The notes beneath the pieces were generated by a model. That model saw only the letters and a list, made by a program, of their open reading frames with translations. It was not told the DNA's origin and made no database searches. A DNA stretch of 64,000 bases, taken from the NCBI GenBank assembly GCA_017651065.1, contig JAGCDP010000011.1, positions 14,964 through 78,963 on the forward strand. The letters are read 5' to 3'. Both the position numbers and the translations under genes were made by a program. This document shows, in pieces, positions 20,486-31,041 of the stretch. This stretch comes from Treponema sp. GTDB taxonomy: Bacteria > Spirochaetota > Spirochaetia > Treponematales > Treponemataceae. Position 1 is the stretch's first letter; the number at the start of each line of letters is the position of its first letter.

Positions 20486-22213
20486 ATGAATAATAAGTCT
20501 CTATGGCCTCTGTTTAAAATTCTGGCCTCTAATAATTTTTCGCTTGGAACATTCATTGAAGGTTTTAAAAAGGGCATTAAGGGCATTTTAAAAAATCTTC
20601 TTGTAATTGTTCTTGTGCTTTACTTTGTTGTTGTTGCCGGCGGTATGTACATTACTGTAATGAACCTGCTTGGTAACGGCCTTCTTAATACAGGTGATAT
20701 TGAAAAAATGCCTGTAGTTATAATTTTTGCAGCCTTCTGTCTTGTGCTGTTCTTTGGTTTTGTAAGTGCAGCAACAAACTATTACACAGGAGCCGGTGAA
20801 GAGCAGTTTCTTGCAATGCCACTCAAGCCTGTAGAAATTTTTTCTGCAAAGGTTGGAGTTACTGCAATTACAGATGCATCGCTTGGTGCTGTTGTTGTAA
20901 TCGTAGGTTCAATAATTTACGGAATAAAAGCAGGTCTTGTTACAAAGCCTTTGTTCTATGTGGGCATGCTTGTAACAACCTGCGCAATCGTAAGCATTTC
21001 GCTTTTCCTTATTTACGGACTTATGATTTTGTTACTGCTCATTTTTCCAAAGTTCAGAAAACGTAATATTTTAACAGGCCTTGCTACAATTTTAATATTT
21101 GTATTTGTCTGCTGTTACAGCTTCCTTTCTTCTCAAATGTCTATGATGTTAGATATGGATGCGGGGGCAGCTGCTCCACTTGTTCAGATGATTCGTATCT
21201 GGGCAGGAAAAGCTCCGTTCCTTATGATTTTTGCAGATGCAATGAGCGGAAAAATTCTTCCAATGCTTTTGATGGTTGCAATTACACTTGTATTTGTGTT
21301 CGGAATTGTTCCAGTATTTGCACCAGGTTATATCAAAACTCTTAACGGATTTTCTGATATTAAATCTAAAAAGATTTCTAAAGCAAAAGCACAGGATGTT
21401 ATTAACAGAAACGTTAAGGCAAATTCAGTTTTCAGCACACTCTTTACAAGAGATTTGCGCACAATGTTCCGCGAGCCTTCTTTCTTTGCAAACGGTCCGC
21501 TTTTGCTCATAATTCTTCCTGTAATCATGCTGCTTTCTGGTGGAATAAGCTTCCTTATGGCAAGCAAGGATAATCTTTCTGCAGTTTTGAATGAGCTTCA
21601 GAAAATATTCCTGCAGATGTCTCCAGAAGGAATGCTCCGCTTTAAGCATTACGCAACCCTTATTATTGCTGCTATTGCTGTATTTATGGGAAACTGTACA
21701 AACGTAGCATCAACTTCCTTCAGCCGTGAAGGAAAGGCGCTTTATGATCTTAAAGCAATGCCAATTGAACCTGACACAATCGTGCTTGTAAAATTCTGGC
21801 ATGCCTTTATGTACTGTCTTATTGCAGTTGTAATAATCGCAATTTATTTTGTTGGTGCGGTTGCACTTTTAAGAATGCCTCTTACAAGCACAGAAGTTAT
21901 TACAATGCTTCTGGAAGCCTGTGTCATAACACTTCTTGTTTCGCTTGTTTTGATTTTTACAGAAATGTTTATTGATACAATCAATCCGAAGCTTCAGTGG
22001 GAAAATCCTACAGCTGCCTTTAAGCAGAATGTAAATGCAGTAGTTTCTTCATTTATATCTATGGGCGTTGTTGGTATCTTTATAGTACTCATGATTTTCC
22101 TGCCAAAGACAAACCTTGGAATGCTGTTAATCGCACTTATTTTTGCAGTAATCGCAGCTCCTCTTGGATACTTTTACTTCAGGTATGCTGTAAAGCGTAT
22201 TGCTAAGATGTAA
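20486..22213 (+). CDS. ABC-2 type permease (multi-TM)
   Basis: Start moved to ATG 20486 after GGAGG. Many TM segments, SFSREG..LKAMP motif, follows the ATPase. Confidence 0.85.
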   Translation: MNNKSLWPLFKILASNNFSLGTFIEGFKKGIKGILKNLLVIVLVLYFVVVAGGMYITVMNLLGNGLLNTGDIEKMPVVIIFAAFCLVLFFGFVSAATNYYTGAGEEQFLAMPLKPVEIFSAKVGVTAITDASLGAVVVIVGSIIYGIKAGLVTKPLFYVGMLVTTCAIVSISLFLIYGLMILLLLIFPKFRKRNILTGLATILIFVFVCCYSFLSSQMSMMLDMDAGAAAPLVQMIRIWAGKAPFLMIFADAMSGKILPMLLMVAITLVFVFGIVPVFAPGYIKTLNGFSDIKSKKISKAKAQDVINRNVKANSVFSTLFTRDLRTMFREPSFFANGPLLLIILPVIMLLSGGISFLMASKDNLSAVLNELQKIFLQMSPEGMLRFKHYATLIIAAIAVFMGNCTNVASTSFSREGKALYDLKAMPIEPDTIVLVKFWHAFMYCLIAVVIIAIYFVGAVALLRMPLTSTEVITMLLEACVITLLVSLVLIFTEMFIDTINPKLQWENPTAAFKQNVNAVVSSFISMGVVGIFIVLMIFLPKTNLGMLLIALIFAVIAAPLGYFYFRYAVKRIAKM

Positions 22214-22215
22214 CC

Positions 22216-22248
22216 GTCATTGCGAGGAGCGAAGCGACGTGGCAACCC
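22216..22248. repeat. Family-1 REP-like element overlapping the start of the next gene
   Basis: gtcattgcgaggagcgaagcgacgtggcaaccc, containing GAGGAG (22224-22229) and an in-frame GTG (22239). Confidence 0.85.
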
Positions 22249-25100
22249 ACATACCAAAACGCATTCTTTGCATAGCATTCCTGTTCCTCTCATTGCTGCC
22301 GGCCTGGAGCCACGAAGGCAGCCTTGCAGGTGCAGGAAAGCTAAGGGTGAGTCAGACAAAGTATTTTGATATTATCTATTCCGAAAAAAATCTGGCAACG
22401 GCACAAATTCTTTACGAAAATGCCGACCGGATTTTTGAAGAGATTACAGCCGCTTATGGTTACGATGCAAATTACAGACTTCCTGTAGTAATTACAACAA
22501 CAGTCGAACAGTTCAACGCTTACTATGCAGACAGCCCTTACAACCGCATTGTTATTTATGATACAGCCCAGATAGATGACCTTGCGGTTTTTTCACAGAC
22601 GTTGCTTTCTACTTTTACACACGAGCTTACTCACGCTGTAACTTATAATTTAAAAAATGGAACAATGCGCGCCCTTGGAAAAATCTTTGGTGACGCTTTT
22701 GCAAATCACTATATTACTGTAACAAGCGGCATGGCAGAGGGTGCAACAGTTTCTTATGAAAGTTCAAATGGCGAAGGCCGATTAAATGACCCTTATGCAC
22801 TTCAGCAAATCAGGCAGGCAAAAATAGAAGGAAAGTTCCCCACTTATTCAGATGTAAAAGGTGCTTCAGATGCTTATCCGCGCAATTCCTTTTATTATTT
22901 CAACGGAGCCTTTGCTGAGTTTTTGCAGAAAAATTACGGCATGCAAAAATATGCTGAATTCTGGTACCGCTGTATTAACATTGAAAGCTTAACAGATATT
23001 ACAGCAGGCGGAGCTTTTAAATATACATACGGAATGAAAATTAACCAGGCGTGGGAGCTTTTTGAGCAGTCTTTAGAAGTGCCAAAGGTCGCTGCCCCGG
23101 AACCAGTTGCAGCCGGTCAGGCATATGATTTTTTTAAACCGGAAAACGAAAAACCTTCTATAAAAAATAAAGCCGGTTCTCTTTATACAAATCTTTGTGC
23201 CGGTGGCGACATTCTTGTTTTTTCAGATGAAAGCTGCGACACAGTTTACGCTTATAAAAACGGTAAAGTAAAAAAACTTTTTACACGCGATTATCTAGAC
23301 ACTTTAAAACTTTCACGCGACGGAAGATTTCTTACAGTTGGATATTATTCTTCTGCTTCTGCAACAATAAAACACAAAGTGCAGATTTATGATTTACAGA
23401 ACAAAAAATGGATTTCTGTTAAAGGCACAAATTATGTAGACCCCGCTGTAATCAGTGACGGAAACAATTATTATTTTGTAGCGCAGAATTACGAAGCGCA
23501 AAAGTATTCAATCTGCGTTAAGAAAATAGAAGTTAATGGCAGAAGAGTTAAAGTAAATAATGAAAACCTTTTTCAGTACTATTTTTTAACCGAAGAAGTT
23601 CCTTCAGATTTTACAGATTTAGGAAACGGAAACTTTGCCTTTGTTTTAAAATCTGGGCTTGAATATTCTGTTTGTGTAAGTGATTGTGGCCTTACAGAAA
23701 TAAAAAAATATGTTGTTCCGTTCGAAAGAATGAAGCTTCGCGATTTGTCTGCAACAGATTCCGGTCTGATGTTTTCGTGGGCAGTAAAAGAAACAATGCC
23801 GCGACTTGGAACTCTTGATTTAAAAGACGGAACTTTCAGTCTTTCGAAAGATGATATTTCGGGAGGTATTTATACTCCTGTTGAGTTTGAAGGACATATT
23901 TATTACACAGCACATTTTTATAAAGAGACACGGTTGCTTGAGTTAGCACAGGCTACCCTGGTGAGCGTACCTGTCCTTAAAGAAGATTACCGGGTCGAAG
24001 GGGTCGAGCCTCTTGGGGTCCCTGAGCCTGTCGAAGGGGTCGAAGCCCCAATCCCATACACCTCTTTCAATCCATTCCGCTATACTTTTGAAGGATTATT
24101 ACTTCCAATAGCCGGCCTTAATACACAGACACTGTTACCTGGCATTACATATATTACAGCATCGCCATGGTATTCAAACCTTACAATAATTTCGGGTGGT
24201 TATGACAGAAAATCAGAATCAGGCATTTTCTCATTCAGTTATCAAGGCGGAACAGACACAAGTCTTTTCCAATATCTTATAGATTCTTCGCTTATTGTAG
24301 ACAAGGCAGGAATAAAAGATATTACCGGCGATATTTCGACAGTAACAAGTTTTGATGTTGGTAAAATTTCTGCATTTTCTTTTACAGCAGAAGCTTCTGT
24401 TGAATACAGCCGCTTCTTTTACGAAGACACAAAATATTTCCTTTCAACAATTCAGCTTGTAACGGCAGGTTATTCAAATGTAACAAAGACAGGCCCAGGG
24501 ACTCATGAAAAGGCCGGAATAAATCTTGTAGCAGGCGTTGTTCATTCTTATGAAACTCAGCTGGAGCCAGTAGAAGAAAAACTGTTCAGCCTGTACGACA
24601 TGGAAATTGATTTTTCTGTAAACATTCCAAAGCTCATTCCAATTACCTGTGCAGATAACTTTACTTATAATTTGCCTTCAACAATTAAAACATATTTCTT
24701 TTCGTTGAGCTCTAAAAAGATGCGGCTTGCAAGAGTAAATGCAGAAACAATTGTATTTGCCTACGATATTCAAAAGGCAATTCCTGGAGTTTCGGCAATC
24801 TTTACAAATAATGTTCTTCTTTCATTCGGCTACACCGGAGGCTTTGATTACAAAAATGCTGCCGATTTTAAGCAGAACTGGCATTTCTTAAAAACGCCGG
24901 AATATATAGACCTTATAAAAAACGGTGAACTCAAATACAAAGATTATTATACAATCAAACTTTCTCTTGGATTAACTCCAAACATCGGTTCCTTTGCAAA
25001 TCCTCAGGCAAAAACCGATCTTTATTTCTGCTTTTATTTTGGCAACTCTGATGCAGTTCCGGAATCAAAATTCAATTTTGGTTTTGAAGCAAAGTTCTAG
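22239..25100 (+). CDS. Large exported protein: gluzincin-like HExxH domain, propeller-like middle, probable C-terminal beta-barrel
   Basis: Signal-peptide-like MATHIPKRILCIAFLFLSLLPAWS; THELTH followed by MAEG; ends FNFGFEAKF (terminal Phe). The start position is inferred. Confidence 0.65.
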   Translation: MATHIPKRILCIAFLFLSLLPAWSHEGSLAGAGKLRVSQTKYFDIIYSEKNLATAQILYENADRIFEEITAAYGYDANYRLPVVITTTVEQFNAYYADSPYNRIVIYDTAQIDDLAVFSQTLLSTFTHELTHAVTYNLKNGTMRALGKIFGDAFANHYITVTSGMAEGATVSYESSNGEGRLNDPYALQQIRQAKIEGKFPTYSDVKGASDAYPRNSFYYFNGAFAEFLQKNYGMQKYAEFWYRCINIESLTDITAGGAFKYTYGMKINQAWELFEQSLEVPKVAAPEPVAAGQAYDFFKPENEKPSIKNKAGSLYTNLCAGGDILVFSDESCDTVYAYKNGKVKKLFTRDYLDTLKLSRDGRFLTVGYYSSASATIKHKVQIYDLQNKKWISVKGTNYVDPAVISDGNNYYFVAQNYEAQKYSICVKKIEVNGRRVKVNNENLFQYYFLTEEVPSDFTDLGNGNFAFVLKSGLEYSVCVSDCGLTEIKKYVVPFERMKLRDLSATDSGLMFSWAVKETMPRLGTLDLKDGTFSLSKDDISGGIYTPVEFEGHIYYTAHFYKETRLLELAQATLVSVPVLKEDYRVEGVEPLGVPEPVEGVEAPIPYTSFNPFRYTFEGLLLPIAGLNTQTLLPGITYITASPWYSNLTIISGGYDRKSESGIFSFSYQGGTDTSLFQYLIDSSLIVDKAGIKDITGDISTVTSFDVGKISAFSFTAEASVEYSRFFYEDTKYFLSTIQLVTAGYSNVTKTGPGTHEKAGINLVAGVVHSYETQLEPVEEKLFSLYDMEIDFSVNIPKLIPITCADNFTYNLPSTIKTYFFSLSSKKMRLARVNAETIVFAYDIQKAIPGVSAIFTNNVLLSFGYTGGFDYKNAADFKQNWHFLKTPEYIDLIKNGELKYKDYYTIKLSLGLTPNIGSFANPQAKTDLYFCFYFGNSDAVPESKFNFGFEAKF
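23992..24049. repeat. Family-2 element cluster inside the large exported-protein CDS
   Basis: gggtcgaaggggtcgagcc...ggggtccctgagcctgtcgaaggggtcgaagcccc, translated as RVEGVEPLGVPEPVEGVEAP. Confidence 0.83.
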
Positions 25101-25174
25101 CTCCCTGTCATTGCAAAATTTCTTTTCCTTTTTTAAAAATCTGCTTTATAATTAATTAAATGGACGGAGTCTAA

Positions 25175-27109
25175 ATGGAAAAGAATAAAAAGCTTGAAAA
25201 ACTCAAGCACTTTTTTGGGATAGGTAAGCACTCAGATTATATAAACGAATATTTTGACAAATCAAATATCCGTTCCAGTCTTTATGTAACTTCGGTTGTT
25301 TTAGTTCTTGAACTGTTTATGATGCTAAATGTTTTGCTCAGACAGTTTGATGAAGAAACCCGCCGCACCACCGAATGGTTTGTAATTCATTTTTCATGTT
25401 TTCTGGTTCTTTTCTTTGCAGCCCTTGTGCTTTTTGTATATTCAATCCGTCATTTAAAAAAGCTTAGCGAAAAACGATATACCTGGGAAATCATAAAATA
25501 TATTTTTTCTGTAATCGCAATTGCTTTTGGAATTTACATTTCGCTTCTTGATTATAAAAAAGGCGAACAGTTCATAACACTCATGACAATGACTATTTTT
25601 GTATTCTGTTTTGTTGTGTGGCGTCCTGTTTATACTATTGTTCTTATGAGTGTTTCGTATGGTCTTTTCTTTATTCTTTGTAATAAATTTTTACCGGCTA
25701 CATATGCAACAAAAGTAAACCTTACGATTGTGTTTATTACAATTCTTATGAGTGCAATGAATGCCTATCATCAAAAGCTAAAGGAAGCCCAGAAGGATGA
25801 AAGGCTTGAGCATGCACAGGGAATTCTTTTAAAGCTTTCAATCAGCGATGAAGTTACCGGAATTGCAAACATGCATTTTTTCAGAAGTCAGGCGCTTGAG
25901 CTTATGCACGATAAATCTGTAGATATAAGCAGTCTGATTTTCCTTTTCCTTGATATTGAAAATTTTAAAATCCTGAACGAAAAATACGGCTTTTGGGAAG
26001 GTAATGCTTTCCTTAAAAAATTTGCCGACATGATTGAAAAGATTTTCAGCGGTTCAATTGTTGCACATTTTTCGAATGATAATTTTGTTGTACTTACCAA
26101 GGATGAAGCAATTGAAGAAAAACTCAATACAATAAGACGAAACCTTTTGAGCATGAATTATGACATTAAGCTTGGTCTTAAGGTAGGAAGTTACCGTCCG
26201 CGCGACAGGGAATGCCTGCCTCTTATTGCCTGCGATCATGCCCGCTATGCCTGCTACACTATTAAAAAACGCTACAACTACGATTACCGCGAATACGACG
26301 ATTCAATGGCAAATGACTTCCAGAAAAAGCAGTACATTATAAACAACATTGATGAAGCAATTAAAAAGGAATATATCAAGGTATTTTATCAGCCGGTTAT
26401 AAATGCAAAAACAGGAAAGCTCTGCGGACTTGAAGCACTTGCACGCTGGGATGATCCTCAGTATGGATTTTTATCTCCTGCCGATTTTATTCAGACACTC
26501 GAAGAATACTATCAGATTTACAAGCTTGATATGTTTGTTGTAGAAAAGGTCTGCCAGCATTTTGTTCACATTATGGAAAGAAATCTTCCTCTTATTCCTG
26601 TTTCGTTAAACTTTTCGCGTCGCGATTTTGATTCAATTAATCTTGCCGAAGATGTTGAAGCTTGCCTGCAAAAATACAATATAGACAAAAAATTAATTCA
26701 CATAGAAGTTACCGAAAGTACTCTTTCTGAAAATGACGAAAAGCTCAAGGAAATTTTAAAACGCTTCAGAAGTAACGGCTATGCTTTGTGGCTCGATGAT
26801 TTTGGAGCAGGTTATTCCGGCTTGAACGTTCTTAAAGAATATGACTTTGACATGATGAAAATAGATATGAAATTCTTAAGCGGATTTTCCGGTAACGAAA
26901 AGGCACGCCATATTCTTAAGAACATAATCACTATGGCCAAGGCACTTAACATGAGCACATTAACAGAAGGCGTAGAAACAGAAGAAGCCTACCAGTTCCT
27001 TCGCGAAAACGGCTGTGAACAAATTCAGGGCTATCTTTTTGGACGCCCAATGCCGGATAAAGAGCTTTATGAAAAAGTAAAAATCGGCATGTACCAGCTT
27101 GATGTATAG
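25175..27109 (+). CDS. Membrane-bound GGDEF(degenerate)-EAL protein, probable c-di-GMP phosphodiesterase
   Basis: N-terminal TM segments; the GGDEF site reads SNDNF; EAL motifs intact (EALARW, DDFGAGYS, EGVE, QGYLF). Confidence 0.88.
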   Translation: MEKNKKLEKLKHFFGIGKHSDYINEYFDKSNIRSSLYVTSVVLVLELFMMLNVLLRQFDEETRRTTEWFVIHFSCFLVLFFAALVLFVYSIRHLKKLSEKRYTWEIIKYIFSVIAIAFGIYISLLDYKKGEQFITLMTMTIFVFCFVVWRPVYTIVLMSVSYGLFFILCNKFLPATYATKVNLTIVFITILMSAMNAYHQKLKEAQKDERLEHAQGILLKLSISDEVTGIANMHFFRSQALELMHDKSVDISSLIFLFLDIENFKILNEKYGFWEGNAFLKKFADMIEKIFSGSIVAHFSNDNFVVLTKDEAIEEKLNTIRRNLLSMNYDIKLGLKVGSYRPRDRECLPLIACDHARYACYTIKKRYNYDYREYDDSMANDFQKKQYIINNIDEAIKKEYIKVFYQPVINAKTGKLCGLEALARWDDPQYGFLSPADFIQTLEEYYQIYKLDMFVVEKVCQHFVHIMERNLPLIPVSLNFSRRDFDSINLAEDVEACLQKYNIDKKLIHIEVTESTLSENDEKLKEILKRFRSNGYALWLDDFGAGYSGLNVLKEYDFDMMKIDMKFLSGFSGNEKARHILKNIITMAKALNMSTLTEGVETEEAYQFLRENGCEQIQGYLFGRPMPDKELYEKVKIGMYQLDV

Positions 27110-27140
27110 ATTGCCACGTCGCTACGCTCCTCGCAATGAC
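27108..27140. repeat. Family-1 REP-like element
   Basis: agattgccacgtcgctacgctcctcgcaatgac, between the EAL gene and purB. Confidence 0.88.
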
Positions 27141-27171
27141 ATTTTTTTATCAATTCGCTATAATGTCGTTT

Positions 27172-28593
27172 ATGGAAACACGCAATATTTTTGAAAATCT
27201 CTCTTGTATCGATCACAGATACTCTTTGTCGGAGGCCGATGCTTTTGCAGGCCTTTCTAAATACATTTCTGAAGAAGCTTCTATCCGTTCATGCGCTAAA
27301 TGTGAAGCCGCTCTTGTAAAGGCTCACTTAAAGCTTCGCGGTAAGCTTACAGATGACATTGCTGCTAAACTCGATAAGGTTGCTCAGGATATTGACCCTC
27401 AGGAAGTTTATACCGAAGAAGAAAAAACAAAGCACAATATCCGTGCGCTTGTAAATGTTATGAAGACAAAGGTCGATTCAGAAATTGGCCCGCTTATTCA
27501 CCTTGGCGCAACCTCTGTTGATATTCTTGATACAGCACTCAGCTGCCGTATGCGCGATGTTACTCAGAATGTTGTGCTCCCCGAACTTAAAAAACTTGAA
27601 AATTATCTTTGCGATATTGCTGAGCGTGAATGCGCAACTCCACAGGTTGGACGTACTCACGGTCAGCACGCAGTTCCAATTACTTTTGGATGGAGCATTG
27701 CAGAGTTTGTGTCGCGTCTTGGTAAGTCAATTTTAAAGATTGAAGAATTGAGCAAGGGACTTGTTGGTAAGCTTGCAGGTCCTGTTGGTTCTTACAACGG
27801 ACCAAGTATGATTGTAAAAGACCCGGAAGAACTGGAACGCACTTATGTAGAATTTTTAGGCTTACAGCCAAGTGAATATTCTAACCAGCTTGTTGAACCT
27901 GAATATGTTTTGCGCCTTTTGCTCGAGATGAACGTTGCCTTTGGTATTATTGCAAACCTTGCAGATGACCTTCGTAACTTGCAGCGTTCTGAAATTGGTG
28001 AAGTTTTTGAATACTTTGCAGCAACACAGGTTGGTTCAAGCACAATGCCACAGAAGCGAAACCCTTGGAACAGCGAACATGTTAAGTCACTCTGGAAAGC
28101 AATGTGCCCACGCGTAATTACTTTCTATATGGACCAGATTAGTGAACATCAGCGCGACCTTACAAACTCTGCAAGCCAGCGCTTTATTGCAGATTATGTT
28201 TCTGGCTTTACAATGGCAGTTGCCCGCATGAACAGTGTAGTTAAGGGTCTTCAGGCAGACAAAGAAGGCATGGCTCGCAACCTTGAAAATGCCGGTGGTA
28301 AAGTTAAGGGCGGCGTTCTTGCAGAACCGGCTTACATTCTTCTTGGAGAAGCAGGCTACAACGATGGTCACGAAGTTATCCGTAAAATTACTTTGGAAGC
28401 AGAACAAACAGGAAAAACATTCTTTGAAGTTCTTAAGACTCACGAAAAAGAATATGCCGACATCACAGCTCAGCTTGAAAAACTTGGTGTAGAAAATCCT
28501 GCTAACTTCTTTGAGCATCCAAGCAACTACTGCGGACTTGCTGCGGTTAAATCAAAGAGACTTGCACAAAAATATAAGGAATTAATGAAATAG
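27172..28593 (+). CDS. purB: Adenylosuccinate lyase
   Basis: HLGATS.D, GRTHGQHA and GSSTMPQKRNP motifs; adjacent to purC. Start moved to ATG 27172 because the ORF-track ATG lies inside the repeat. Confidence 0.92.
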   Translation: METRNIFENLSCIDHRYSLSEADAFAGLSKYISEEASIRSCAKCEAALVKAHLKLRGKLTDDIAAKLDKVAQDIDPQEVYTEEEKTKHNIRALVNVMKTKVDSEIGPLIHLGATSVDILDTALSCRMRDVTQNVVLPELKKLENYLCDIAERECATPQVGRTHGQHAVPITFGWSIAEFVSRLGKSILKIEELSKGLVGKLAGPVGSYNGPSMIVKDPEELERTYVEFLGLQPSEYSNQLVEPEYVLRLLLEMNVAFGIIANLADDLRNLQRSEIGEVFEYFAATQVGSSTMPQKRNPWNSEHVKSLWKAMCPRVITFYMDQISEHQRDLTNSASQRFIADYVSGFTMAVARMNSVVKGLQADKEGMARNLENAGGKVKGGVLAEPAYILLGEAGYNDGHEVIRKITLEAEQTGKTFFEVLKTHEKEYADITAQLEKLGVENPANFFEHPSNYCGLAAVKSKRLAQKYKELMK

Positions 28594-28602
28594 AGGTTGT
28601 AT

Positions 28603-29448
28603 ATGAAAAAGATTATTTCTGGTAAAGTTCGCGAGGTTTACGACCTTGAAGACGGACGCATGGTTATTGTAACAACAGACAGAATTTCTGCTTTTGATGT
28701 AATTCTTCCAACAATGATTACAGACAAGGGAAAGGTTTTGAATGCCCTTGCAAACTTCTGGTTTGATTACACAAAAGATATTGTAAAAAATCATATGATT
28801 TCGAGCGACCTTAAAGATATGCCTGCCGAATTCCAGAAGCCTGAATTTGAAGGACGCACAATCCTTGTTAAAAAGCTTAAGATGCTTCCTTATGAAGTAA
28901 TTGTTCGCGGCTATATGTTTGGTTCAATGTACGAAGCTTACAAAAAGGGCGAACCATTCCTTGGTCACAAGTTTGACAAGGAATACCAGCAGGCAGAAAA
29001 ACTTGCAGAACCAATTGTAACTCCTTCTACAAAAGCAGAAGAAGGTCACGATATTAACGTTACACTTCAGTACATGAAGGATGACCTTGGCGAAGACCTT
29101 GGATCAAAAATTGAACAGGTTGCTCTTGCAATCTACAAAAAATGCTACGAGCACGCTAAAGCAAACGGAATTATCATTGCCGATACAAAGTTTGAATTTG
29201 GCCTTGATGAAAACGGTGAACTTACTCTTGCAGACGAAGTTCTTACACCAGACAGTTCACGCTTCTGGGATGCTTCTAAATATGAAGTAGGCGGAAGTCC
29301 TGCAAGCTACGACAAGCAGTTCCTTCGCGACTGGTTAAAGGCAAACAACCTTGCCGGCGACCCTACAATCAAGGAAGTTCCAGCAGATGTAGTTGCCAAG
29401 ACAAGCGAAATCTACCACGAGTGCGAACGACGAATCTGTCATAAATAA
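28603..29448 (+). CDS. purC: SAICAR synthetase
   Basis: GKVREVY, TDRISAFD, ADTKFEFG, DEVLTPDSSRFW and SYDKQFLRDW motifs. Confidence 0.96.
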   Translation: MKKIISGKVREVYDLEDGRMVIVTTDRISAFDVILPTMITDKGKVLNALANFWFDYTKDIVKNHMISSDLKDMPAEFQKPEFEGRTILVKKLKMLPYEVIVRGYMFGSMYEAYKKGEPFLGHKFDKEYQQAEKLAEPIVTPSTKAEEGHDINVTLQYMKDDLGEDLGSKIEQVALAIYKKCYEHAKANGIIIADTKFEFGLDENGELTLADEVLTPDSSRFWDASKYEVGGSPASYDKQFLRDWLKANNLAGDPTIKEVPADVVAKTSEIYHECERRICHK

Positions 29449-29452
29449 AAAG

Positions 29453-30976
29453 ATGAAGAAATTACAAATACTGATTCTTTGTGGGTTGGTAGTAAATATG
29501 ACATGCGCTTGTCATATTAAAAACAAAAAGGAGCTTAAAATTATGGATAGTAGAGAAGAATCTCTCAAGCGCTTTACACCAATGCAGAAGCTTATGGCAG
29601 AAAAGGCAACAAAACTTCCTGCAGAAAATAATCCGGTTGTTTTACACAAGTTTAATGCAGACCCGGCTGTTCTTGTTTATGATGATACAGTTTACATTTA
29701 TTGTACAAATGATTTTCAGCAGGCAGAGTTTTCATTGGGAAAAAGTGACAACTCCTACGACAAAATCAATACACTAAATGTTTTCAGTTCAAAAGATTTA
29801 GTTAACTGGACCGATTGCGGAATTATTAAAGTTGCGGGGCCTACAGGTGCTGCTAAATGGGCCAAGAATTCCTGGGCTCCTGCAATCTGTACAAAAAAAA
29901 TAAACGGTAAAGATAAATTCTTCCTTTACTTTGCAGACAGTGCAAACGGAATTGGCGTTTTAAGTGCCGATAGTCCTACAGGTCCTTTTGAAGACCCTAT
30001 TGGCAAAGCACTTGTTTCACGGGGCATGCCAACAATTGATGGTGTTTACTGGCTTTTTGACCCTGCTGTTTTTGTTGATGATGATGGAACAGGTTATATT
30101 TATTTTGGCGGTGGACATCAGGCAGAGTTTATTCATCCAAAGTCGGCCCGTTGTGCAAAGCTTGGTGATGACATGATTAGTCTTGCCTGCGATCCTATAG
30201 AAATGGATCCTCCGTTCCTTTTTGAAGATTCCGGAATTAATAAGTTTGGTGATACTTACTATTATTCTTACTGTACAAACTGGCAGAGCCGCGACGGAGT
30301 TGTTGCAGACCCTATGCTTCCAATTGCTGTAATTGCTTATATGACTTCTAAAAATCCTCTTGGACCTTTTGAATTCAAAGGATATACTCTTGAAAATCCG
30401 GGAACAATGTTTGGGGCCTGGGGAAACAACCACCACTGGATTTTTACTTTCCGTGGAAAAAACTACATTGCTTACCATGCACAGTATGTTGAAAAAACTC
30501 TTGGACTCGAAAAAGGCGGTTACCGACACCTTATAATAAATGATTTTGAAATAAACGAAGACGGCAGCTGGCCAATCCAAAAGGGTTCAAAAGCCGGTGT
30601 TGAACAGAGCGGAACTTTTAATCCGTTTACAACTGTTCCTGCCGCAACAATGTGTTCTTCACGCAATATGATTGTTTCTGCCCGCCAGACTCTTTATGCA
30701 CTTAAAGATGGGGCTTATGTTTGTATTAAAGGTGTGGATTTTGAAAAACGCCCTTCGACAAGTCCAATTATTAAGATTGAAGTTGCAGAAGGTCATAAGG
30801 GTGGCAGCGTAGAATTCCGTGCGGGTAATCTGGCAAACGGGGAAGTGCTTGCTAAGGTTGAGGTTGGGGAAGAAGCAACAGCCACTGCTCCATTTACTGC
30901 TCCTGCAGAAAAAGTTACAGACCTTTACATTGTGATCAGCGGTGATGTTGAATTAGTCGATTGGATCATTCAATAG
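29453..30976 (+). CDS. GH43 arabinoxylan arabinofuranohydrolase-like enzyme with C-terminal CBM6-like module, probable lipoprotein
   Basis: ADPAVLVY, SWAP, FDPAVFVDDDG, FEDS and GNNHH motifs; N-terminal hydrophobic stretch ending in Cys. Confidence 0.87.
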   Translation: MKKLQILILCGLVVNMTCACHIKNKKELKIMDSREESLKRFTPMQKLMAEKATKLPAENNPVVLHKFNADPAVLVYDDTVYIYCTNDFQQAEFSLGKSDNSYDKINTLNVFSSKDLVNWTDCGIIKVAGPTGAAKWAKNSWAPAICTKKINGKDKFFLYFADSANGIGVLSADSPTGPFEDPIGKALVSRGMPTIDGVYWLFDPAVFVDDDGTGYIYFGGGHQAEFIHPKSARCAKLGDDMISLACDPIEMDPPFLFEDSGINKFGDTYYYSYCTNWQSRDGVVADPMLPIAVIAYMTSKNPLGPFEFKGYTLENPGTMFGAWGNNHHWIFTFRGKNYIAYHAQYVEKTLGLEKGGYRHLIINDFEINEDGSWPIQKGSKAGVEQSGTFNPFTTVPAATMCSSRNMIVSARQTLYALKDGAYVCIKGVDFEKRPSTSPIIKIEVAEGHKGGSVEFRAGNLANGEVLAKVEVGEEATATAPFTAPAEKVTDLYIVISGDVELVDWIIQ

Positions 30977-31041
30977 ATTGTCGGGTCAAGCCCGACAATG
31001 ACATAGAATTTATGTCATTCCCGTGCTTGACACGGGAATCT
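30975..31041. repeat. Inverted pair of family-3 palindromic elements between convergent genes
   Basis: agattgtcgggtcaagcccgacaatgaca and tgtcattcccgtgcttgacacgggaatct. Both touch stop codons. Confidence 0.85.
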
